Positions 7,466 through 15,097 of a stretch of DNA of 64,000 nt are shown here, one piece after another (the first letter of the stretch is position 1; every line of letters starts with the position of its first letter). Position numbers and translations under genes: made by a program. Below the pieces are notes generated by a model, which saw nothing but the letters and a program-made list of their open reading frames with translations, was not told the origin of the DNA and did no database searches. The DNA is from an uncultured Conexibacteraceae bacterium (GTDB lineage Bacteria; Actinomycetota; Thermoleophilia; Solirubrobacterales; 70-9). The stretch is taken from the NCBI GenBank assembly GCA_964464285.1, contig CAYXFL010000001.1, forward strand, positions 46,897 to 110,896, in the 5' to 3' direction.

Positions 7466-9576
7466 GGCAGGCGCCGCCGATCCTCAAGCGCCTGCTCGCG
7501 GCCTGCGCCTGCCTGGCGTCGGTCGCGCTCGCCCTCGCGGCGGGCGCGGCGGGCGCGGCCGAAGCGCGACTTGCGAGCCTGAACGTGAACGACGAGAGTG
7601 CCGACTGGTACCCAAGGAGCGACTTCGTGCTGCGATGGAGCTACACCCCGCCGGCCGTGGACACGAGGATCGTCCTCACCGGCTTCGGCTACCGCCTGCT
7701 CGACCCCGATGGGCACGAGATCGCACAGGATGGCGTCGCAGCGGACGCCCGCCTGACCACGGTGAACCTGCGCGCTTCGGCGCTGGGCGTGGCGCCGAGA
7801 CCCGGCTTCTACACAGTCGAGCTCTGGGCCCAAGAGCGACAGGGGCAGGACGCGGTGAACCCGGCGACAAGTGGCCCGCCGCTGACCAGGACGTTCGGCT
7901 TCGACGACGTCCGCCCCGGGCCGGCGGCCCCGGTGCCGGTCTCCGCCTGGGTGCGCGGCGACGAGGAACCCGTGCTGCGGATCGCCCACCCGGCGCAGCC
8001 GCGGCCGGTCTCGGGCATCCGCGGCTACGCCTTCTCGGTCCGTCAGGACTCGCCGGCGGCTCCCTGCGCCGGCGCCGCGCTCTGCAGCGAGCAGGAGACC
8101 GACCTGCGCGGCGGGATCGGCGACGACGCGATCCGGCTCGGGCTGCTGCCCGAGGGCCGCCACCACGTCAGCGTGGTCGCCGTCTCCAACGCCGGGCTGC
8201 GCTCCGCCGTCGCCGCGACCGCGGTCGTCGGCGTCGACGCCTCGCCGCCGGACATCGCCCTCGACGGTGTCGGCGGCGGCTGGTCGGACCGGCCGGTGAT
8301 CGTGCACGCGCGGGCCGGCGACTCGCTCTCGGGGATGCGCGCGGACGGGGTCACCGGGCCGCGGACGACGCTGGTCCTCGACGGCGGCACCCCGGTCCTC
8401 GCCGCAGGCAGCGAGGTCGCGATCACGGTCAGCGGCAGCGGCGTCCACCAGGTGGCGGCGAGCGCCCGCGACGCGGCCGGCCAGGTCCGCGGTGAGGACA
8501 GCGGGGTGCCGCCGGTTACCGGGCTCGTGCGGATCGACGAAACGCCGCCGCGGCTCGCCTTCGTCCGCGGCGGCGACCCGGCGGCGCCGGAGCTGATCGA
8601 GGCGACGGTCGCCGACCCCCACTCCGGCCCGGCCGCACGGGGCACGATCGCGGTGCGCCGGCTCGGTTCCGGCCAGCCGTTCGAGCCGCTGTCGACCGTC
8701 GCCGGCGAGGGCCGGCTGAGCGCCCGCTGGGACTCCGACGCCCACCCGGACGGGAGCTACGAGTTCCGGGCGACCGGCTACGACCGCGCCGGCAACGCGG
8801 GCAGCTCCGGGTCGCGCGCCAGCGGCACCGCGATGGTCCTGCTCAACCCGGTCAAGGCGCGCACCGCGGTCCGCTTCGGCTTCGGCGGGCGGCGCCTGAT
8901 CTGGCACCGCTGCGTGCGCAAGGGCGAGGGGCGGCGCTGCCGGCGCGAGGTGGTCGAGTCCTTCGGCCGGCGCCCGGCCAGCCGGACGGTCCCGTACGGG
9001 CAGCGGCTGCAGGTCGCCGGCCGGCTCGAAACCGCCGCCGGCGCAGCGCTCGGCGGGCGGCCGGTCGAGCTGGTCGAGACGTTCGCGCCGGGGTCCGGGA
9101 TCGAGAGCCGGGTGACCCGGCTGGAGACCGCCGCCGACGGCGGCTTCCTCGCCCGCCTCTCCCCCGGTCCGAGCCGCCGCCTCGAGGCCCGCTTCCCCGG
9201 CAGCCCACTGCTCACCCGGGCCACCAGCCCCGCGCTCGAGCTCGGCGTCCGCAGCCTGGTGCGGCTGCGCGCCTCGACCGCGTACGCCGCGGTCGGCGGC
9301 GCCCCGGTCGTGTTCAGCGGCCGGGTCGGCACCAGCGAAGCGCGCATCCCCGCCTACGGCCGCCCGGTCGGGCTCCAGTTCCGCCTGCCCGGCGCGCCCT
9401 GGACCGAGTTCCGCACCGTCCAGACCGACGCCCAGGGCCGCTTCCGCTTCCCCTACTCACTGAGCGACGACGACAGCCGCGGCGTCCGCTTCCTCTTCCG
9501 CGCCTACGCCCCACCCCAGCCCGGCTGGCCCTACGAGTCGGCGGCATCGCTGCCGGTCGCGGTCACGGGCCGGTGA
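7462..9576 (+). CDS. large exported hypothetical protein (704 aa)
   Basis: The GTG start overlaps the sigma-fusion stop (GTGA). Signal peptide LLAACACLASVALALAAGAAGAAEA. The sequence looks repetitive, beta-rich and Ig-like. Confidence 0.7.
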   Translation: MRQAPPILKRLLAACACLASVALALAAGAAGAAEARLASLNVNDESADWYPRSDFVLRWSYTPPAVDTRIVLTGFGYRLLDPDGHEIAQDGVAADARLTTVNLRASALGVAPRPGFYTVELWAQERQGQDAVNPATSGPPLTRTFGFDDVRPGPAAPVPVSAWVRGDEEPVLRIAHPAQPRPVSGIRGYAFSVRQDSPAAPCAGAALCSEQETDLRGGIGDDAIRLGLLPEGRHHVSVVAVSNAGLRSAVAATAVVGVDASPPDIALDGVGGGWSDRPVIVHARAGDSLSGMRADGVTGPRTTLVLDGGTPVLAAGSEVAITVSGSGVHQVAASARDAAGQVRGEDSGVPPVTGLVRIDETPPRLAFVRGGDPAAPELIEATVADPHSGPAARGTIAVRRLGSGQPFEPLSTVAGEGRLSARWDSDAHPDGSYEFRATGYDRAGNAGSSGSRASGTAMVLLNPVKARTAVRFGFGGRRLIWHRCVRKGEGRRCRREVVESFGRRPASRTVPYGQRLQVAGRLETAAGAALGGRPVELVETFAPGSGIESRVTRLETAADGGFLARLSPGPSRRLEARFPGSPLLTRATSPALELGVRSLVRLRASTAYAAVGGAPVVFSGRVGTSEARIPAYGRPVGLQFRLPGAPWTEFRTVQTDAQGRFRFPYSLSDDDSRGVRFLFRAYAPPQPGWPYESAASLPVAVTGR

Positions 9577-9631
9577 ACGACGAGCGCCCCGGGGGTCCGG
9601 GGCGCTCGGGTCCTGCGGGATGTCAGGTCGC

Positions 9632-10159
9632 TTACCTGAACGACGGGAGCTGGCCGGCGACCGAGCCGACGAGGTCCTGGGCGCGGCTGCCCTGCTCCTC
9701 GATCGCGCGGCGCACGCGCTGCTCGACGTCGTCGCGGTTGCGCTTGATCGTGCTCTCGACCGTCTGCTGGCGCTTGCGGGCTTCGCGCTCGACCCGGGTG
9801 CGGGTCTTGCGGGCCTCGGTGGTCGCCTTGCGGCGGGCGCTGCTGCCGCGACGCTCGGTCCGCTTCAGCGATTTGCGCAGCTGGGTGCGGTAGGCCTTGA
9901 TCTGCTTCTCGGCGCTGCTGCGGCCGGTCCACGGCTCGACCAGGTCGGTGACCCGGTCGCTGACGCTGAGCACGACGCCGACCGGGAAGTCGACGGCGCT
10001 TTCGGCGGCGGTGAGGACCTGGTTCTTCTCCGCGGCGGCGGCGCGCTTGCTGGCTTTGGCGCTCGCGCCAGCGGCTTTTTTGGCTTCCGTGGTCGCGCGT
10101 TTCGCCTGCGTTTTCGGTTTGCTGGTTTTGCTGCTTTTGGTGCTTTTGCTCTCTGCCAT
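9632..10159 (-). CDS. Lys/Arg-rich basic coiled-coil protein (HbhA-like / nucleoid-associated-like)
   Basis: The N-terminal KSTKSSKTSKPKTQAKRATTEAKKAAGASAKASKRAAAAEK low-complexity tract is followed by a long charged helical region. Similarity to the HbhA family is judged by eye only. Confidence 0.65.
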   Translation of the reverse strand: MAESKSTKSSKTSKPKTQAKRATTEAKKAAGASAKASKRAAAAEKNQVLTAAESAVDFPVGVVLSVSDRVTDLVEPWTGRSSAEKQIKAYRTQLRKSLKRTERRGSSARRKATTEARKTRTRVEREARKRQQTVESTIKRNRDDVEQRVRRAIEEQGSRAQDLVGSVAGQLPSFR

Positions 10160-10210
10160 GAAGTTGAGTGATCCCTTCGAGTTTTCGTTTGCCTGCCTCG
10201 GGCGTTCCCG

Positions 10211-10245
10211 AGTGTAGCGAACATATGTTCCACGAACACACGTTC
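10211..10245 (-). promoter_or_regulatory. tandem LexA-type (Cheo/SOS) boxes overlapping a candidate promoter
   Basis: CGAACATATGTTC (10218-10230) and CGAACACACGTTC (10233-10245) both fit CGAAC-N4-GTTC. On the minus strand a TACACT -10 candidate (complement of 10211-10216) lies just downstream of box 1. The site is 52-86 nt upstream of ATG 10159. Confidence 0.6.
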
Positions 10246-10307
10246 TTAAACGCCTTTCACCGCCTGGTTACAGGGGCGCCGCAGAGACCGCGAGATCGAG
10301 GCGCGGC

Positions 10308-11153
10308 TCAGACCGACTGCGCGGCGAGCACGGTCGCCAGGCCCGCCGCGCTGCTGGCGGCGGCGATCGGGTAGCGCGCGGCGAGGTCGAGCTGCGCCTC
10401 GGCCAGCGGGATCTCGCCGAAGGCGACCTCGCCGCCGGCCTCGCGCACGAAGAGCTGCGCGGCGGCGGCGTCGACCGAGCGGCAGGGGCGCAGGCTCAGC
10501 ATCGCGTCGAAGCGGCCCGTGCCGACGTAGGAGGCGGTGATCGCGATCGAGCCGACCACGCGCAGGCGGTAGGCGCGGCCCTCGAGCGCGGCGAGCACCG
10601 GCTGCGACCACTGCGGCTCGGCCGACTCCAGCCCGACCACCTCGAGCCGCTCGGCCGCGGGGGCGACCCGGGCCGGGACCGCGTGGACGCCGCCGGCGGC
10701 GTCCACGCGGCCGGCCGTCGCCCCCGCCCCGCGCTGCGCGACGAACTCCTCACCGGCGCCGAAGTCGTGGACGAAGCCGAGCTCGACGTCGGCCATCGAG
10801 GACCCGGAGGCGACCGCGATGCTGAGGCTGTGGGAGGGGATCGTGCGGCGCGCGTTGAGCGATCCGTCGATCGGGTCGACCACCACCCGGACCGGGCCGC
10901 CGCCGTTGAAGGCGGCCTCGCCGCGCTCCTCGGATACGGCGACGAAGGCGGCCCCCTGGGCGGCCAGCGCCTCGAGCTCGGAGAAGACCACGTCCTCGCA
11001 TTCGCGGTCGATCACCAGGGTGCGGTCGCCGCCCTCGCCGACCCCCTCGTAGACGGTGCGCTCGGCGCTGCTGGCGCTGGCCGCGAAGATCGCTCGCTGG
11101 GCGGCCACCGAGCGGCGGCAGATCCCCAGCCAGTCCGCGGAGAGAACGTCCAT
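10308..11153 (-). CDS. inositol monophosphatase / FBPase-family phosphatase
   Basis: This is the C-terminal 281 aa of the 1154-aa track ORF. Motifs SEERG, VVVDPIDGSLN and GSIAITASYVGTGRFDA are typical of the IMPase fold. Start at MDVLSADW (11153). Confidence 0.8.
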   Translation of the reverse strand: MDVLSADWLGICRRSVAAQRAIFAASASSAERTVYEGVGEGGDRTLVIDRECEDVVFSELEALAAQGAAFVAVSEERGEAAFNGGGPVRVVVDPIDGSLNARRTIPSHSLSIAVASGSSMADVELGFVHDFGAGEEFVAQRGAGATAGRVDAAGGVHAVPARVAPAAERLEVVGLESAEPQWSQPVLAALEGRAYRLRVVGSIAITASYVGTGRFDAMLSLRPCRSVDAAAAQLFVREAGGEVAFGEIPLAEAQLDLAARYPIAAASSAAGLATVLAAQSV

Positions 11154-11186
11154 CGGCCGGATCGTATGGCGCGCTAGCGTTGGGCG

Positions 11187-14129
11187 ATGCGCGACCCACG
11201 TCCAACCGCCGCCGCCCCGCCCGGCGAGCGCGTCGCCGCGCACGGCGAGGGCCCGCTGCTGATCGTCGGCGCGCCGGGCACCGGCAAGACCGAGCTGCTG
11301 GCCCGGCGCTTCGCCAACCTGGCCGCCGCCGAGGGCAGCGACCGGGTGCTGATGATCGGCTCGACCCGGGCCACCGCGACGCGCCTGCGCGAACGCGCCG
11401 AGGCGCTCCTGCGCGGGCCCTTCGAGGAGCTCTGGATCGGCAGCTGGGACACGCTCGGCGAGCGGCTGCTGCGCGAGCACTCCGAGGCCGCCGGCCTCGA
11501 CCCCTTCTTCGACGTGCTCGGCCCGGCCGAGCGGCTGGCGATGCTGCTCGACCGGCTCGACCAGCTGCCCCTGCGCCGCCACGAGATCCGCGGCAACCCG
11601 GCCGGCCTGCTGGCCCGGCTGCTCGCCCGGATCGACGCGCTGAAGGCGGACTCGACCGGGCCGACCTCGCTGGAGCGGCGCGCCCGCGCGGCCGAGGAGG
11701 CGGCGCGCAACGAGGCCGAGCGCGAGGCGGCGCGGCGCGAGCTCGAGTTCGCCGAGCTGTTCAGCGCCCACGACCGCATCCTCGCCGACGCCGGCAGCCT
11801 CGACCGCGGCGACGTCTTCCTGGCGCTCGAGTGCCTGCTGGTCGAGCGCCCCGACGTGCGGGCCGAGCTCGCCGCCCGCTTCCGCTTCCTGATGGTCGAC
11901 GAGCTCGAGGAGGCGACCGCCGCGCAGCGCACGCTGCTGCGCTCGCTCGCCGCCGACAACCAGAACCAGCTGTTCGTGCTCGAGGACGACAGCGAGGCCG
12001 AGCTCTGGTTCCGCGACCTCCACCCCGACGGCGAGGTCGTGGTGCTGGAGCGCCGCTTCCGCGATCCCGAGCTCGGCTTCTGGAGCTGCGAGAACGAGCG
12101 CGCGCAGGCGCAGGCGGTGGCCCGGGCGGCCGAGCAGCAGCTGGCGACCGGGACCGCGCCGGAGCAGATCTGCGTGCTGTTCGCCGACCCGGCGACCCAG
12201 GGCGGCGCGGTCGCCGCGGCGATGGAGGAGCGCGGCATCCCCTTTCACCTGGCCGGGGCGACGGCGCTGTTCCAGCGGCCCGAGGTGCGCGACGCGATCG
12301 CCTGGCTGCGGGTGCTCGCCGACCCCGGCGACTCGGCGGCGGCGGCGCGGGCGCTGACCCGGCCGCCGATCGAACTGCGCTCGGGCGACCTGGCGCGGCT
12401 GACCACGATCGCGCGGCGGCGCAAGCTCGACCTCGTCGCCGGCTGCGAGGCGGCGCTCGAAAGCCCCCAGTTCCAGCCCGAGGCGCGCGAGCGCTTCCAG
12501 TCCTTCCTGCGCCTCTACAACGCCGCGGCGGGGGCGATGGAGGAGCGCCGCGCCGACGTCTTCGTAAGGCGCCTGGTCGAGAACGTAGGGTTGCGCCGCC
12601 AGCGCCTCTTCGCCGCCCAGCCGGAGGTCGCCGAGCGGCTGCTCGGGCTCTCGCGCCTGGCCGAGCTGGCGACCGCCTGGGCGCGCCGCGAGCCGCACGG
12701 CTCGACCCGCGGCTTCGTCGCTTACCTGAGCGCCGTCGCCGAGGCCGGGGTCGAGCCGGTCGAGGGCGAGGACCCGCGCTCGCGCGGGTCGGTCCAGGGG
12801 ATGGCGGTGGAGGCCGCGAAGGGGATCGGGTTCGACCACGTCTTCGTGCTCGGGCTCGAGCACGAGCGCGACTGGTCGGGGATCGGCTGGCCGGCCCGCG
12901 ACGGGCTGGTGCTCTCGCGGCTGCGCCGCGGCGGCGAGAGCGAAGCGCGGCCGGCGCGTCACTTCGAGCAGGCCCTGGCCAGCGCCGAGGGGGTCGAGGA
13001 GCTGCACGAGGAGGAGCTGTTCGGGCCGGCCGAGGGCCTGCACGCGACCTACCGCCAGCTGCGCGAGCAGGTGCTGGAGGCCTCCTGGAAGGCGGGCCGC
13101 GAGCTCTCCGAGCCGCGCCTCGACACGGCGATCGACGTGAACCGGGCGATCGCCCGCTACCTCGAGCTGCTGAAGCTGGCGGCGCTGGCCCAGCGGCCCG
13201 GCGAGGAGGGCACCGCGGAGGCGATCCAGGCGGTCAACGGGCTGCTGCGCCAGGTGGCGACGCCCGAGCAGCAGGCCGAGCTCGACGCCTCCTCGCTCGA
13301 CTCCTACCTGCTCGGCTCGGAGAGCGAGCGCGGCCGCCGGCTGGAGCTGGTCGCGGCCCGCGAGGAGCCCTCGCTGGCGGCGTTCCTGCCGCGCCGCGGC
13401 GACGGCATGCTCAGCCTCTCGGCCTCCGACCTGACCCTCTACCTGACCTGCCCGCTGAAGTACAAGTTCGCCCGCGTCTTCGGGATCCCGCAGGAGCCGA
13501 CGATCAACCAGCGCTTCGGGATCCTGATCCACAACGTGCTCGAGCGCTTCCACAAGGAACCGCCGGAGGAGGGCGAGGACGGGCTGCGGGTGCTGAACCG
13601 GCTGTTCGAGGCGGGCTGGCGGCGGACCGGGTTCGGGAGCAGCGACGACGAGCTGCAGTTCCGCGACCGCGCCCGGGAGGCGCTGCGGCTCTACTGGGAC
13701 CAGGAGCGGGTCGCCGAGGGCGAACCGGTCTGGCTGGAGCGCAAGTTCGACTTCAAGGTCGGCGAGCACCACGTGCGCGGCCGGGTCGACCGGGTCGACC
13801 GCCTGCCCGACGGCGACTACGAGCTGATCGACTACAAGACCGGCGAGCGCAAGAGCGCCGAGGAGCTGGAGAGCGACCTGCAGCTCGCCCTCTACCGGCT
13901 CGCCGCCCGCGAGGCCTGGGAGGTCGAGGCGAGCGCCGGCTCCTACTACTACGTGCTCGACGGCGACAAGGTCGCCGCGCCGACCAGGCCCGACGACGCG
14001 GAGCGGGTCGAGCGCACCGTGCTCGGGGTCGGCGAGGGCATCCTCAGCCAGGACTTCGAGCCGCGGCCCTCACCGAGCGTCTGCTCCTGGTGCGACTACC
14101 GGCTGATCTGCCCCGCGGCCGAAGCCTGA
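11187..14129 (+). CDS. UvrD/AddB/AdnA-like helicase-nuclease with a degenerate SF1 motor and a C-terminal PD-(D/E)XK nuclease carrying a Cys cluster
   Basis: Walker A GAPGTGKT is intact. Motif II reads VDELEE, motif III is degenerate (LEDDSEAEL), and motifs V/VI are weak or absent. The nuclease core is GRVDRVDRL...ELIDYKTG...QLALY, with YLTCP plus C-terminal CSWCDYRLICP resembling an AddB/Cas4-type Fe-S ligand set. Confidence 0.8.
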   Translation: MRDPRPTAAAPPGERVAAHGEGPLLIVGAPGTGKTELLARRFANLAAAEGSDRVLMIGSTRATATRLRERAEALLRGPFEELWIGSWDTLGERLLREHSEAAGLDPFFDVLGPAERLAMLLDRLDQLPLRRHEIRGNPAGLLARLLARIDALKADSTGPTSLERRARAAEEAARNEAEREAARRELEFAELFSAHDRILADAGSLDRGDVFLALECLLVERPDVRAELAARFRFLMVDELEEATAAQRTLLRSLAADNQNQLFVLEDDSEAELWFRDLHPDGEVVVLERRFRDPELGFWSCENERAQAQAVARAAEQQLATGTAPEQICVLFADPATQGGAVAAAMEERGIPFHLAGATALFQRPEVRDAIAWLRVLADPGDSAAAARALTRPPIELRSGDLARLTTIARRRKLDLVAGCEAALESPQFQPEARERFQSFLRLYNAAAGAMEERRADVFVRRLVENVGLRRQRLFAAQPEVAERLLGLSRLAELATAWARREPHGSTRGFVAYLSAVAEAGVEPVEGEDPRSRGSVQGMAVEAAKGIGFDHVFVLGLEHERDWSGIGWPARDGLVLSRLRRGGESEARPARHFEQALASAEGVEELHEEELFGPAEGLHATYRQLREQVLEASWKAGRELSEPRLDTAIDVNRAIARYLELLKLAALAQRPGEEGTAEAIQAVNGLLRQVATPEQQAELDASSLDSYLLGSESERGRRLELVAAREEPSLAAFLPRRGDGMLSLSASDLTLYLTCPLKYKFARVFGIPQEPTINQRFGILIHNVLERFHKEPPEEGEDGLRVLNRLFEAGWRRTGFGSSDDELQFRDRAREALRLYWDQERVAEGEPVWLERKFDFKVGEHHVRGRVDRVDRLPDGDYELIDYKTGERKSAEELESDLQLALYRLAAREAWEVEASAGSYYYVLDGDKVAAPTRPDDAERVERTVLGVGEGILSQDFEPRPSPSVCSWCDYRLICPAAEA

Positions 14130-14164
14130 GCCGCCGCCGGGCGCGGCCCGGCTAGATTGGCGCC

Positions 14165-15031
14165 GTGGACCTCGAGGTGGTGATCGTCAGCCACGGCGCC
14201 GAAGCGCTGCTGCGCCGCACCCTGCGCTCGCTCGCCGAGCAGCCGCCGGCGACGGCGGCGATGCGGGTCAGCGTGGTCGACAGCGGCAGCCCCGACGGCA
14301 CCCCGGACATGGTCGAGCGCGAGTTCGGAGAGGTGCGGCTGCTGCGCCGCGCCAACATCGGCTTCTCGGCCGCCAACAACGCCGTCCTGCGCGACAGCGA
14401 GGCCGACGCGGTGCTGCTGCTCAACCCCGACACCGAGGTCTACGCGGGCGCCCTCGACGCGGCGCTGGCGCGGCTCGCGGTCGACCCGCGGATCGGCATG
14501 GTCGGGGTGAAGCTGGTGACCGAGTCGGGCGAGCTCGACCACGCCTGCAAGCGCTCCTTCCCCACCCCGCTCGCCGCCCTCGCCCACTTCACCGGGATCG
14601 GCCGCGGCGCCGACGCGCCGGGGGCGCTGAGCCAGTACCGGGCGACCGCGCTCGGCGACGACGAGCCCGGCGAGGTCGACGCGGTCAACGGCGCCTTCAT
14701 GCTCTGCCGGGCCGAGGCGGTGCGCGAGGTCGGCCTGCTCGACGAGGGCTACTGGCTCTACATGGAGGACCTCGACTGGTGCCACCGCTTCTGGGACGCC
14801 GGCTGGAAGGTCTTCTACGAGCCGGCCGGCACCGTCCTGCACGTCAAGGGCGGCTCCAGCGGTGGCCGCCGGGCGCTGCGCCAGGAGGTCGCCTTCCACC
14901 GCGGCATGGGCCGCTTCTACCGCCGCTTCGACGCCCCCGGGCACAACCCCCTGCTGAACGCCGCGGTCTATGCCGGGATCGGCGCCAAACTCGCCACCAG
15001 CCTCGCGATCAGCGCCACCCGCCGGGGGTAG
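14165..15031 (+). CDS. GT2 glycosyltransferase (WbbL/rhamnosyltransferase-like)
   Basis: VVIVSHG..., VVDSGSPDGT, NIGFSAANN, LLLNPD and YMEDLDWCHR are typical of the GT-A/GT2 fold. Confidence 0.8.
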   Translation: MDLEVVIVSHGAEALLRRTLRSLAEQPPATAAMRVSVVDSGSPDGTPDMVEREFGEVRLLRRANIGFSAANNAVLRDSEADAVLLLNPDTEVYAGALDAALARLAVDPRIGMVGVKLVTESGELDHACKRSFPTPLAALAHFTGIGRGADAPGALSQYRATALGDDEPGEVDAVNGAFMLCRAEAVREVGLLDEGYWLYMEDLDWCHRFWDAGWKVFYEPAGTVLHVKGGSSGGRRALRQEVAFHRGMGRFYRRFDAPGHNPLLNAAVYAGIGAKLATSLAISATRRG

Positions 15032-15041
15032 GCCGGGGCGC

Positions 15042-15081
15042 CTATCGAGTTATGCACCTATGGGCATGCATAACTCGATAG
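15042..15081. repeat. AT-rich perfect 15-bp inverted repeat (possible bidirectional terminator or protein-binding site)
   Basis: CTATCGAGTTATGCA (15042-15056) and TGCATAACTCGATAG (15067-15081) flank a 10-nt spacer. The repeat lies between convergent stops at 15031 and 15098, has no T-tract, and is conspicuously AT-rich for this DNA. Confidence 0.5.
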
Positions 15082-15097
15082 CCCGCCTGAGCCGGGC

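Noticed and set aside
5513-9347. Long minus-strand ORFs (5513-7303, 6678-7487, 7237-8907, 8778-9347) opposite the sigma fusion and exported-protein genes
   Set aside because: Their translations are Arg/Pro/Gly/Ala-dominated with no motifs. They overlap plus-strand genes that have clear sigma, ZAS and signal-peptide features.
10308-13772. 1154-aa minus-strand ORF spanning the whole helicase-nuclease gene
   Set aside because: Only its last 281 aa (10308-11153) form a recognisable IMPase. The upstream part is an Arg/Gly/Ala/Pro-rich antisense shadow of the well-supported plus-strand gene 11187-14129.
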